The notes beneath the pieces are model-generated. The model worked only from the letters and a program-made list of their open reading frames with translations, was not told the DNA's origin and did not search any database. DNA of 64,000 nt, taken from the NCBI GenBank assembly GCA_973895155.1, contig OZ316898.1, forward strand, positions 2,914,480 to 2,978,479, written 5' to 3'. The position numbers and the translations under genes are program-made. This DNA is from Marsupella aquatica (Eukaryota; Plantae; Marchantiophyta). Shown in pieces: positions 1-12,300 of the stretch (position 1 is the stretch's first letter; each line of letters opens with the position of its first letter).

Positions 1-2694
1 GTTCCGGATTTGGTTGCACTTTCTCCTGATGAAATTTGAATTAAAAGGGGACTTCCAAACAATTGCCCCAACACATCAAATCTTCTTTGGGCAGAGTATT
101 CAACAGGTGGTCTATTCTATTATTTACTCCTGCGTGAGGGACACTTCATCTCCCAGCCTACTCATACAAAATCCTACCGCCCTGACACTAGGTGACAGTG
201 TTCGAGAAAGGACCAAAAGACCTCAATTATAGGACAACCACTGATTTCATCTAGGGCCACTTTACGGACAGATAACTCTTTATTTTCTCCGGGCCCAGGA
301 CCGATGAACAAACCAAGGCTGTCAATAGAGACAATGATGAGTCATGTCCTTCGTTCACATGAATATCCCAACTTCGGTTTCCGGTTTCACTGCATTGACA
401 GGGAATCATACTGACTGTGAGACTTGAGTTCATATGAGCTCATTATTCATTGTCTACCATCGCGTAGGAGCGACAGAAAATGTGAGATGGGTCATTTCGA
501 TCCCCACATCCTCTTCCTAAGAATTGCAATTCTAGGGAGCAAAACAGAGAGTTGCAGCTTACCTGGGAATCACAGAGGCACGGAACATTGGGCAGACCCA
601 CGTCGGTGCTTGGGAGTTCGGTTCTTCCAATGTGAGATAAAAGTCATCACCACCAACTAGATGAATGGTATATTGTAAACAGCTTACCTACGGGAAACCA
701 CAATTATATAAGGGATGTCTGTTAAGGTCCCTTGAGAGTGTCTTCATCCCAAATCAGCAACTCTAAAAACGAAGATACGTTGTGAATAGAATTAGTCCAG
801 GGAACCCAGAGAGGAGAGAACAGACCTGCTTTGTTTCCTTGTAGATGGTTTGGATTGAGGGGAAGTTTTCGGAGTCTCGTCCTTTAATCTGCCAAGCATG
901 GTACCTGGTTAAGGAAGCATTAAGATAAGCATTTAGAAAACATTTCCGCATTATCTTGCATGATTTTCTTTGTTCCTGCCATCGACAGGGACATTATCGA
1001 GTCTTTCTTTTGTAAGAATATGACTGACAAGCCAAAGTTCCCACGGTAAGCATATCGTTTTGTTTAGCCTATCCACTCTAATCCACCATCGCAAACCCCA
1101 AAATGCAGTTGAAACTTGTCACAAGTCAATGCAAGAGAGGTAAACCCTAAGTCATCAATCCATGGAAGAATTGGACATTGAAGGAACTGAATCCTTCATA
1201 TAGAAGGTACTCCATATTTTAGTACCTTCTGAGTTTCTCGTGTCACTGATCCAAGAGCTTTTACGAAAACCTCTGCGAGGAGCTCAGTCAGAGAATGGCT
1301 CCGAAATAGGAGGGCCTTCGTTTGGCAGGTCCACTCCAGCTTGTCGCGAGCTATTGTGCTGATGGTTTCGTGTTTAGTCTCTCCCATTTGAATTTGACCT
1401 TCCAGCTTGTGCCTCTCCAGATTTTTCTGATGAAAGACGAGGACTGAAAGAATAAGCTCAGAATAAGCGCGCGCAATAATAGATCAAAATCCAGGCGAAA
1501 GGTTAGCTTAAGCATGGTTGAGAGAACTAGGCTCACAAACGAATAGGTAGGATTGAAATGATCGTCGCTCCTCTGTTCCAGGCTTGCAACGCACAGAACT
1601 TCCTTTTTTAAATTCTCCAGAATCAACGTACTCTGTTCCAACAGTAAGGGGAAATCTGGTTAGAATTGGGCGACTAGTGTTGGGATGAAAATAAAACAGA
1701 GCGCATTGGATCTCATACGAAGAACAGGCCACTTACAGCCCAATGGAACAGCCATCACATGCAAGTAAATGAAGACCACCTCACTAGTTTCAAATTATCA
1801 CTCACAAGGGAGCTTGACTTATTAGACTCTCAACTACCAGATGTCGTCGCCACCCATGAGAACTACAATCTAAAACAAAACAAGAAACTAAATCAGACAC
1901 TAACAGAGAAATGGGAAAACCGTCACATCTCAAGTAACGTTTAAGACCAGCTAGGATCTTCAAATCATGAGTGGCAATGGAGCTGAATTTCAATGAGCTC
2001 AAATCTTAAAATTCGTCATCACCAGACACACCGCTATAATCAGAGAAATGTCTGACAAATATGAACTTGCACAATACCGGTTCTTTCTTCTGCAAGGTAT
2101 GGCCCGTCTTCCTCACAAGCAACCAGAGAGGACCATCAATGCTGTCCTTATACACGTTGTAGTTCTGCACCATCAAAATTCATGGATGTCAAGATATCGA
2201 AATACAAGGCAGTTGTCAAGCGGTGAGCGACTGAATGGCTGCGCATTGTCAAGCTGAAATCACGACAGAAATTTTCGTGAGCTGACCCGCACGGTCTAGA
2301 AAGGGAAACTCTGGGGACATTTTCATCGTTGTGGCCCGTCAGCTTTAATAGTCGTCAACTTGACAGAAAGCAAAATGAGCCAAAACAGACCTTCAACGAA
2401 CGAGCATTCCTTCTACACACAAAACGGGAAGCTCCTTGAGGATCAGATAGCATTTCTACAGGCTCCGGAGTGGAGGTGTTTTTGTAGCTGTAAGCCTGCC
2501 CCATGTGTCCTTGCTCGCTCCAGTTTCTCTAGAACACCCTGCCCGATTCGTCCCACGATTGAAGAAAAACTAAGACAATAGGTTGCAGAGACCTATCCTC
2601 CAATCTCTTGAAGTAGGGGTTGCCTCCTGGTGGGATCCTTTCCCCGGCGAAATACATCTGCGTTCCGTCAGCCAATTCTTCCCTTTCAGACGCC

Positions 2695-3097
2695 TGAAGA
2701 TGAATCCACAGAAGAACTTACACAACCTGCACAATTTCTCACAAGAATTGACAACTTTGTGTTCACATTTTCCAATTTCCACGGAGGAGATGAACCAACA
2801 GAACGATCTGCACAATCTCTCACAAGAATTGACAACTTGTGTTTACATTTTCCACTCTCCACGGAGGAGATGAACCAACAGAACTTACACGACCTGCACA
2901 ATCTCTCACACGAATTGACAACTTTGTGTTCACATTTTCCAATCTCCACGGAGAAGATGAACCAACAGAACTCTCACAAGAATTGACAACTTTGTGTTCA
3001 CAGTTTCCAATCTCCACGGAGGAGATGAACCAACAGAAGAACTTACACTACCTGCACAATCCCTCACAAAATTGACAACCTTGTGTTTCACATTTTC
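2695..3097. repeat. Degenerate tandem repeat (minisatellite), ~5 units of ~68-90 bp
   Basis: Core GGAGATGAACCAACAGAA...CTCACAAGAATTGACAACTTTGTGTTCACATTTTCCAATCTCCAC recurs at ~2695, 2786, 2866, 2953 and 3021 with indels. It explains the cluster of repetitive short ORFs in the track. Confidence 0.93.
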
Positions 3098-3279
3098 AGC
3101 CGGATGTGTGCAGGATGTGAGTAGAGACTCTCGTTGTGTGGAGACTAGCCCGATTACCCGTTTATTCTTTTATTTCAATAGAAAAAATACTGCAATAAAA
3201 TCAGAATTCTATACTGTTTCCCCTCATCTTTGGCCCAGCCCATCTGGCACATCCTGGTTTCTTTCATTTCTATTTCATT

Positions 3280-4060
3280 TTTGTCTTTATTTAGAGTCAA
3301 TGTCAATTTTGTTTATCTTTGCTCCCCTTCCTATTTTTTGTCACCCTCAAGTGTGTTGTCTTTATTAATATATTTATTAAGAGTTAGGGTCTTGTATCAT
3401 ACTCAAGTGTGTTGTCCTTATTAATTGGCTTAGGTCAGCTGGCTAGGGGATTTGCCTGGAACGAAGAGGTCCAGGTTCAATCCCCCCTCCACACACTGGG
3501 GTGTGGACGGTATGTGTGTGTGGGTGGGATGGATTTTGTGGGTAGTGGATTGGAGTTCTGATTATCTGCTTGACCCCTGGTCGTCCACTTTGTGGCCCTG
3601 ATTTAATCCTCTCTCCTTCCTGGTGTGGGTCCCTCTCGGATCTGTTGGAGCTCACCCTGCTCTGGTTCCCTACAGAAAAACTGTCACATTGGGATGGGGG
3701 GAGTCTAATTGTATTTCCTCCCCATTTCCGTTCAAGACAAAAAAGAGTTAGGGTCTTTTGTCACCCTCACATGTGTTATCCTTATTACTATCTTCATGTA
3801 GAGTTAGGGTCTAGTGGCTTCACTCTAGATTGTAGGCCTTGACAATACTTTCCCTTTGCAAATTATTAGTAACATAGCTTTGTGTAGAGAATTTGCAAAT
3901 TATTAGTAAGATAGGTCTTGTGGTACAATGGTAACCCTGGTCCTAACTAGGGTTAGTCTAACCTAGCTTATACTTGTAGTATATCCTTATATCAGTAGGC
4001 CTGGCCTTGACAATACTTTCCCTTTGCAAATTATTAGTAAGATAACTTTGTGTAGAGAGG
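3280..4060 (+). repeat. Dispersed AT-rich repeat / probable non-autonomous TE fragment (host of the SINE-like insertion)
   Basis: Repeated GAGTTAGGGTCT and TCACCCTCA.(A)TGTGTT.TC.TTATT motifs, plus a duplicated GGCCTTGACAATACTTTCCCTTTGCAAATTATTAGTAA (3835, 4003). Related GAGTTA...CTTCACT(CT)AGA...GGCC segments occur at ~21660-21710 (reverse strand) and ~53560-53780. Confidence 0.6.
3427..3744 (+). mobile_element. tRNA-derived SINE-like element, copy 1
   Basis: Pol III A-box-like TAGGTCAGCTGG (3431-3442) and B-box GGTTCAATCCC (3474-3484) at tRNA-like spacing, then a GT-rich body and a 3' end TTTCCGTTCAAGAC followed by A6. Homologous along its length to 32081-32459 (minus strand). Confidence 0.72.
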
Positions 4061-4698
4061 CGCCTTACTTCTTTACACTGTATTGTCACCTGACTTCGCT
4101 CACTTAGAGGAAATAGGGTGTTTGCCTGGCTCAACATTCTATGACACTATGCAATGAGAAATTAAAACCTACACTTGGAGAGTAGTAAGTGGCTAAGGAC
4201 CAGTGAAAGCACTACTTATAATACAATCTCAATCTCTTTAAGAGGGTAGCACAATGTGCAACCTTAACCTCTCTTTAGGAGACACTGTAGCTCTTGCACA
4301 ATGTGCAACCTTCAAACTACTGTAGTCTAACTTTGAAGTCGAGCACACGGTCTTTCCACTTGTTTTCAGGGCCCTCGAGCTTGGCTCATCTTCCGAGTTG
4401 AAAGGTTTAGGGGCTGGTAATTGAATCAGGATCTGTGCCTGTGTATCCCGAGTAATTTTAATTGGATCGTTTGAGGGCGGGATGTTTAGCTGTGAGCTCG
4501 AATCTCTTCCTCAAGCTCAAACGTTTCAGTAATCGAGACTTGCTGGGAAGGGTTTTTCAGAAGGCTTCGACCTGTGGGAAAGAAGAGGAGGACAGTTTCA
4601 GAGACTACTGTAGAGGCACGAGGTGATCAGCTTCTATTCTAATTTTTCACCAATCTCGTGTGACTCTGCACTTTTGCGCTACTTTGCTGTTCATTCTC

Positions 4699-4751
4699 CA
4701 AGAAATTGGTCGGCAATTCCATATCCCCAGAAATTGGTCGGCAATTCCATA
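4699..4751. repeat. ~30-bp tandem duplication (AGAAATTGGTCGGCAATTCCATA x2)
   Basis: Direct repeat seen in the putative RRP36 5'UTR intron. Confidence 0.85.
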
Positions 4752-4934
4752 CCTCTAATGCTCATGAACTGATGTAAAGTCCCTGTGGACGAGATTCGGG
4801 AAAGTACTGTCAAGGGTTTAGGGTGAAGCGTCCTCCAAAATTGATTGGTGATTTTGCTCTGCTTGAGCTGGGGAAGTTGGAAGTCTTTGCCTCCGTCACC
4901 TCCAGTGCTCTTATCTCACCGTCATCGTGCAGAA

Positions 4935-7306
4935 ATGGGCGACCAGTCATCTGACAGTGAAGTAGAGGAAGAGAGGACCGGAGAGGCGATTCCCAGCGGG
5001 AGCGATGAGAGTGACTCCGATGTAGATGCCGAGGTGCGTACATGGATAAATATTCACTTCCTCGGTTACTAAGCATGACCGTCCCAACATCTTCAGAGCT
5101 TGGTCACAGAACATTCGGTCACGGTTTTTGTAGGTTACATTATGGATTGATAGGTTCTCTCTTCGTTCCAGGAAGGTTTGCGAGAGCAGGTTGCTGATGT
5201 TCCTTTCGAAGAGCTTCAAAAAGCACGTTCAAACGGAGGAACATCTCTGTTTGCTCGGAATAAGCCAAAGATTGACACCAAGAGGGCCAATAAAAATAGG
5301 TGTGACTCTTCTTCTCCGTAGTGGTTCCAGTGATGTCGTCACGTGGGTCTGAAGTGAGCCTCAGATGCATCACATGAAGATAGATTTCAAGTATTTATAA
5401 TTGTATGCTGTCTCGTTTGCAAGCTAGGTTTGACGGTCTGAGTATGCGTCCTGTAAAGTTCTCTTGGCAAGGTCCTGCACTGCCTGGGTGATTATGCGAG
5501 ATTCAAGATCGTGGGTGGTAAAGTGTCCCGAGGGACATTTACATGTTGCCATGTGAGCGACTTCGGTTTAAGTTATAGGATATGAACGGCAAAGCTGATT
5601 TCCAAATTCTTTGTCGCAGACCTATGGAAATTACCAGCAGGAAACCAGTGCCAAGGTTTAGGGAGGTTATTCAGGCACCGAAAAGGGTACTCTCTTTTCC
5701 CTGTAAGACAATTATGGAATGCTGCCGAAAAAGCTTCTCATACGGATGGACCTCAAATGGCTCTCGTAATTTTCTGTTGTGTGCAGGTGATAAGAGATCC
5801 ACGTTTTGAATCACTCTGCGGGCAATTTGAAGAATCCAAGTAAGTTTAGGGTTTAGGGTTTAGGGTAAGTGGCCCGCTTCTGATATCGTCTAGATTACTG
5901 AGTTATTTGTCACCCGTGACTGTCGAACATCCCACTAAACAAGAAAATGAAGGGATTGCTGTAGTGTACATGATGATGGAGTCGAGCAGATTTCTGGGGA
6001 TAGCACAATATTTTGTGGACAATGATGACCTTCAGTTTAGGGTAGAATTGGAAGCTGTAGAATTGGAAACGAGGGATTGAAATTTGCTCTCATGCGTGTG
6101 CAGATTCAAATCAGCATACAGTTTTCTTTACAGTGAGCAACTTCCAGCCGAACGTCGGGTATAAAATTGCGACTGTGTTCCATGATAGACGAGACTATTC
6201 TGGGTCTCAGGCTGATGTTGAGAAAGAACGGAAATTATTCATTTGTATGTGTATTGTGTGCATGTTGGGAGGAGGGTGCGGGGCCTGAGTCGGTTATGTC
6301 GTCCTAAATGACGACGTCCGCTTAAAACATGTTATTCTGACCAACAGGCTTTATCTCCTCTTGTCAGGAAATTTACCTTGTCTAAATTGGTGATTCTCTC
6401 TCCATATGTTGCATAACTATATGCCGGATAACACTGCAGAAATCATATTTGTGCAGGAGCTACAAAAAACTCTTAATAAGAGAAAGGGAGATGAAGAAGC
6501 TGAAGCCCAGCTGACTTGGATTGTAAGTTTTGAAAACCACGAATATGGAGGAATATATAGCTTCCGAAGTCGTCGGTCTGTTTGTGCAACAGTTCCTGTT
6601 TCAGGTTTCAAATATTAGCCCTATTATTGGAGGTTTCTGAGGGCGCGTTATTGAATTGACAGGAAAAGCAACTGAAGGAAGAGGACGAGCGGAGAAAACA
6701 AGTAACAAAGACTGCTCAAATCAAGACGAAACAAAAGCAAGCTGTCACACAGGGAAAGAAACCATTTTATCTGAAGAAATGTATGTCTCAATCAACACAT
6801 CAATTTAATGATATCTTTTAGATGTAGATTTTATGAAATGAAAGTATGTATTACTGCCATGTTGACCTCCTCGGTACTCATTAGTTCAACTGAAATGCCT
6901 TTTGACATGTTGCAGTTGTAAGTGATGACCTTGACAGAATGTTTGCAATCAAGTGCAATATGTCTGTTTATAACTGATGCTGCTTTCTGTTGGCCCTTTG
7001 ATGGTGTCACAGCTGAGATGCGAAAGGAAGAACTGATTGACAAGTTCAAGGAGTTGAAGGTAAATAGTTTCGCAATAAATTTCGAATCACTGAAAGTCAT
7101 GGCCAAGTTCTTCGATTCACTATTGTTCTTAGGCCTTCAAGGGCATCTCAGTCTCTCATGAGGCATGTTTCGGAACAGCAAAAGCTAAATAGCCTCTTAA
7201 ATGTTTGCAGTCAAGTGGAAAATTGGAGAAGTACATGGCAAAGCGCCGGCGAAAGAACGCTGCTAAGGATCACAGATTCGTTCCCTACAGACGGAACGCT
7301 GATTGA
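4935..7306 (+). CDS. RRP36: rRNA biogenesis protein RRP36 (DUF947), 9 coding exons
   Basis: GT-AG exons join to MGDQSSDSEVEEE...DAE / EGLREQVADVPFEELQKAR...KRANKNR / PMEITSRKPVPRFREVIQAPKR / VIRDPRFESLCGQFEESK / FKSAYSFLYSEQLPAERR / ELQKTLNKRKG... / ...GKKPFYLKK / EMRKEELIDKFKELK / SSGKLEKYMAKRRRKNAAKDHRFVPYRRNAD*. The P.E.(T/S)S.KPV, RDPRF and KPFYLKK motifs are typical of RRP36. An acceptor (TGCAG, ending 4932) just before the ATG suggests a 5'UTR intron. Confidence 0.93.
5845..5865 (+). repeat. Interstitial plant telomeric repeat (TTTAGGG)3 in RRP36 intron 4
   Basis: Three perfect TTTAGGG units lie between two GTAAGT motifs (5840 and 5865). Confidence 0.9.
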
Positions 7307-7410
7307 CTTGAGATGGTTCAGGCCCGTCGTCATAGGATGCTACTGTGGTAGCCTGTTCTGCATTTCATGTGGTGTCACTACCTGCCATGGAAAAATGACG
7401 GCTGGTGCTG

Positions 7411-7501
7411 GTGCTCACCAAGCGTCATGGTCGCACAGGCATGACACTAGTTGGTAATTATGGGTCATGCCTGAGCGACCATGACACTGAGAGGTAAGCA
7501 C
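7411..7501. other. Near-perfect fold-back hairpin (miRNA-precursor-like or MITE-derived) downstream of the RRP36 stop
   Basis: GTCATGGTCGCACAGGCATGAC (7424-7445) is the reverse complement of GTCATGCCTGAGCGACCATGAC (7464-7485) with 1 mismatch. The stem extends outward (GTGCTCACC/GGTAAGCAC) and inward (TAGTT/AATTA). Confidence 0.7.
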
Positions 7502-7800
7502 TATTGGGCATGACCTTCAGCATCAGCGAACTTTCTGTTAGGCCAGTCGTTCTCTTTACCAGGAAGACAAAAAGTATACACATCCCCATCAACTGTACAC
7601 GGAGACCTTTTTCTACGATACAAATTTTAATCACCAAGTACTTGAAAATGTAGTACTCTCCATTACGGATGAAATTTCTTTTCGTACCGTAAAGAAATAA
7701 ATTTAAAAATATAATTGTCTGCAACAGGAGCGGGTGAAAACTCGTCCTCAAATGGAGTCTGAATGTTGTGCATGCATGCAAAAACACGTCGCGAGTACCA

Positions 7801-8115
7801 TACTTGAGACTCACCCTGAACTGGCCCCAGACTTCACTTAATAATAAGGGGACCTACTTTTTGAGTCTGGGAGAGTTATTTCCCTCTCTTGACTGTCTTG
7901 CACCGCTGAGCAAACCAGCAGATGAGTGAAAGAACGATTACTTGAGACTCGCCCACAGCTGGCCCCGGACTAAATTTCCTACATTTTGAGTCAGGGAGAG
8001 TTGTTTGCTTACTTGGACTGTCTTTCATCTTTGCGAAAATTAGAACATGCGTTAGAGTTGTTTTGCTTGCCTCGGACTGTCTTTCATCTATAAGAAAATT
8101 AGCAGATGAGTGAAA
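7801..8115. repeat. Degenerate tandem duplication (~140-bp unit plus a partial third copy)
   Basis: TACTTGAGACTC..CTGGCCCC.GACT...TTTTGAGTC.GGGAGAGTT...GACTGTCTT...AGCAGATGAGTGAAA is repeated (starts 7801 and ~7939). Confidence 0.75.
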
Positions 8116-9362
8116 ACGCAGCTCACTGTGTGTATCGAGACGAGCTGCAACTCAACCTCGCAACTCTACTTGTATTGTGCCTACTGTAGAAAACTCTGTT
8201 GTATAATTCTTCTTAAAGCCATATTTTACCCAATCCTTTGTGATACTAGCGGTTTTGCATAGTACGAGGCACTAAGAGTACGTTTGGAGATTTGTAAAAA
8301 ACTCAAAATGGTCTACAACTTTTTTTACTCGATTTGATGATTGCACTTTGATTTAAAGAGGGCATGGAGGCGTCTCTATAGGTAGAAGACAAATAGCAGA
8401 ACCCCAAATCTCCAATTTCGGAAGGACACATCTAAAAACAGGAAATCATAACTGAAGGAAACCCAAATTTCAAGTTCGTAAAACGGCAGAATTTCCAGTT
8501 TCACGATTTCCATTTGTTTGAAATATTCCGTGCTCCCAGTTCAGGCTCGTGTGATTAGATGGATGTAAAGAATTAGGGTATCCTGGGCGCGTTTCCTTCG
8601 GAAGAAAGCAAAACAAAAAGTAGTAGGATAGTTCTGTAGAGCTCTCACTACGTTTTCCTTCATGATCAACTTCTGTCAAGACCCTTACCCTTATAGTAGG
8701 AGGCTGGTATATTCCTAGTATAATTCATATAAGTTTGTGATTTACTGTGTACTCGCCTATTCTGTGGATATACACGTCTAGTTTTCCCCGGTTCTCGAGT
8801 TGAGCTTCGTTCTTTGAAAAACCTCCATAGAACCTAGTTACTACTCATAAATTCAAAGTTCACATTCTACTTTTGGGTCATATGATTCGTGTCTCAAGCC
8901 CCAATCAGAAATGCTCCTTGTGCAAATTTGTTTTCACAAAAGCTCGTTGCGTTGCTAGTTTTTCATCCTCCTTGTTCTTCGTATTTTCTCCCACAGAAGG
9001 GTTTGCTGTACTATTGTTCTCTCCCTCTCGATAGACGGCGTATCTATCATCTTGGGGTACCTGACCCTCCACCCTGGAGAGCTCGTTCGGCCGGGTGGCC
9101 CCAGCAACCGAAGTACGTCTTCCAACTTCTGTACAAATGGAAGGGATTGCCACCAATTCAAAAAAACAGGCAGGCCCTTTTCACCTTGCCGCTCTGCTTC
9201 GTCAAGAACAGATTCGTGGAAAGAACTCTCTAACTCCTAGTTTCCATCTCTTTTCTTCACTAAAAGCCAAAATGAATAGTACAAGGTAGTGCAGCAAGGT
9301 AAATCAACCAGGGAGCACCAATTTCGAATCTTCTGCTTTCTATTTGGCCTTCTTGTCTTGAA

Positions 9363-12300
9363 CTACGGCCAGCTTGCTTCCAGTTTGTCCATATTCCAAG
9401 CAACCTTGATTTCCCCTTGTAGGGTTTCCGCTTCCTCAAAAGTAGTCCCCGTCAGACTCGAAGGATAGGGAAGTTTTGCAGATTTTCCCACTTTAAATTC
9501 TGTAACTAATATGACACACAGATTCTGTTCTTCAAGATTTCTACCATACCATTCTCCGTCGGCTTGACGTATTAACCCCAGAGCCACTTCCTTGCCTTCT
9601 ACATCTCTCAAGCGAACATGTGTACCTACAGAATATCGTCCATTGACCGCACCCCAAGATTCACCAGGGCTTATATCCTGTACTCCTATTTCTTTATGAT
9701 CCAAGCTCGTTGGCTCCCGGGAAAGTCCTTCTGGTGGATCCTTCTTGCCTGATGAGATAGGTGATGTGCCTGATAGCTTTACCGCTGAATTCCTTTGAGT
9801 ACCGTCTCCGCTCATACTGTCAGGGGTCAGAGGAGGTGTCCCTTGCAATTGGTCTCCTGCAGCTCCTGGTGCAGACCTCGTCTGTCGAGAGTTTTCCCCC
9901 CGAACATCTCCCTCTGGGCCCCGCTCTTCACGTGCAATCCGAGCTAACCTTGCTTTTCTGTTGTTAAGCCTGTTCAAAGTACCATAAATGTGCAATTAAG
10001 CATTCATATGCAGACTTACGTATGATTGAAGTTGAAGCATCAAGGAGTTGCATGCCAATTTCGAGTTACATTTAGTAAGAAGTTCATTACCCAGAAGGTC
10101 ATTGAAAGCAGTTGCAGTTGTAACAACACGATTTGAGCAACACTTTAACCAACATGCAAAATGAGCCAGGCAAAATTATGAATTCTTAGAAGGGCGTGAA
10201 GAATGTACTAATCTTTAAAGAGGAATTTGGAGTATACTTACCAGTTCTTGAGCTGGTGCACAGCAATCTCTGGACCCTGTCAATTTCCAAACATATGACA
10301 ACTAAGCAAGCTTGTAGTACCAGAAGTCAAGCTTCCCTTGGGCCCAACTTGTGACCCGAAGAGCCTTCGTGATATCCAAAAGAGATTCTTCCAGATCCAA
10401 ACCACCATTGATAACAGTGGAATTAAGTCACTTACAATTTGATTAAGGTGACTCGTCCAATGCTGGATGAGTTTGGGAAACCGCTGCATTTCTGGCTCTG
10501 TCTTCAGAGCATCTTCTATGGTCCTGATCTGATGCTCATTCATGATATTCCGTTTCCTTTTCTTGAATACTACATTCCGTTCATCAGTATCGAGAGACTT
10601 TTTGGGTTCTCTTCGTCGCTTGGGATTCCTCACCGGTAAGGGAGTCCTAGCTCGATCATCTTCTTCGTTTTCAGGATCAAAATCAGCTTCAAGGTTGTTA
10701 GTACCTATATCCTCGACACCTTCCGTGGTTCTTTCTTCGTACTCTTGGCCACCATCCACAACATCCAGAAATGCTTCCTTCCTTAATTGTTGCAAATTGA
10801 TGGCAGCTGGAGTAACATCTCTCCTCGCGATAGAAAATGGTCTTTGGCTTCTTGAATCGGGCTGTATCTATTTTAAGACACCGCCATACGTCAGTCATAT
10901 GCCATAACAGACTATACAATATGCATTCAATTGTATGAAGCCGTCTTCGTATAAAATCCAGACTGAGCATTCCTGTCAGATCCATGTATAATGAGTGATA
11001 CAGAATCTGACTAAACACCAAGGTTCAGGATAAACGCCGAAAAGCAAATATCAGAACGAAAGAACAGAGTCAGGAATCCAAAAGGCAAGAAATAGACAAT
11101 ACGATAGCCGCAAATGAGATCAGCAGGAAGCATGAGACCGCTAAAGTCAAAATACCCTAGGAGAATCCACCTTATTGAGGCATCCACTTGAGTATATAGC
11201 AAAGATTATCGCAGGCATCATGAAGTACAGAGATTTGTTCAGAAATATGTCATTACCACTACTCCTTTGTGAGTATCAATCTCCACGCTGTCTTGAGAAG
11301 GCGCGGGTGTTTCTAAAATATCTGTAGCCGTCAACGTGGCGCTGACACCTCTCCCCAAGAGCTCCGCAGAACTTTGCTGAATCTTCTGCCACCGAGACAG
11401 CTGTTGACGCCTGGCGTGCACTATCTGTCGTTTCTTCTCATGGGCATCACGCACAAAACTTACTACTGGTGCTTCCTGTACAATATCAAAACAGAAAAAT
11501 CCTCTTAATGAAGGTAATGTTCATTCTCCAAGTTCCAAAGAGAAATGTAATAGTGGTAGCCTTTTGAACTGTCCTGCGAGCAACACAAATTTCGTGACTT
11601 AAAGAATAAACTCTTACCATTTTAAAGCTGCGGAACCCACTTTGACTTGGTGGTTTTGTAGTACGGTTGCATGTCCAATTAGATCACATCAATCCTATTC
11701 TCACTGTAAGCCGCTCAATTATGTTCTAAAACTAGCTAAAACTCGGAGATTGAACCAAGATGTCCCTTAGTCTCAAACCGATCTTACAGAGTTTAGTCAG
11801 CTTCGTATGAAAATTTCTAAAGAGTTTGTTTCTGCAGACTTGCGTGTAGCGAGTTTACCACAGAGCTCGACTCATCCGGTGGAGCTGGGCATATTGCGCC
11901 ATGTAGCGCATCTGAGAACGTGCTGCAACGCACAAAATTGAAATGAAGACCAGTGGACAATCTCGCAAAAGCTAGGATCCATACCTTTCTAGATAGCAAG
12001 AAAGAACTATCGTCAATATCCTATTGTTGTCGTTACATCCTTTCGGTAGAAAATGATCATAGTCAAGGGTGTTTACTGAATAGATGCCTCGAATATACGT
12101 CATGATTTTCGAACTTTACAGCCTTAAAAGGAGTGAAATGCAACTCTTAGACCACTGAACTGTCCTTGTTTCTTCCATTTTCTTCCAAGAGCCTTTTACA
12201 CTTCTTAGTGTCAATTAGGACTAGAAGTTGCTAGTTACGTCAGGAGCGCATTCCAAGCAGAAGACCAGCGGCGGCAAGGACAAATGACTGTTTGAAAGGA

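Noticed and set aside
532-687. Two 31-nt minus-strand intron-like segments (GTAAGCTG...CTAG at 687-657 and 562-532)
   Set aside because: They are far shorter than normal plant introns, and removing them does not produce a continuous ORF (stops flank both junctions). Treated as coincidence or repeat relic.
1-2600. Cluster of 60-96-aa ORFs suggesting a gene
   Set aside because: No recognisable domain and no consistent exon chain; may be leader or intron sequence of a gene outside the window.
2695-3097. CRISPR-like repeat/spacer appearance
   Set aside because: Eukaryotic context, the 'spacers' are mutually homologous, and there are no cas genes.
3427-3500. Functional tRNA gene
   Set aside because: A and B boxes are present but there is no acceptor stem or cloverleaf; it continues into a body shared with a dispersed copy, so it is SINE-like.
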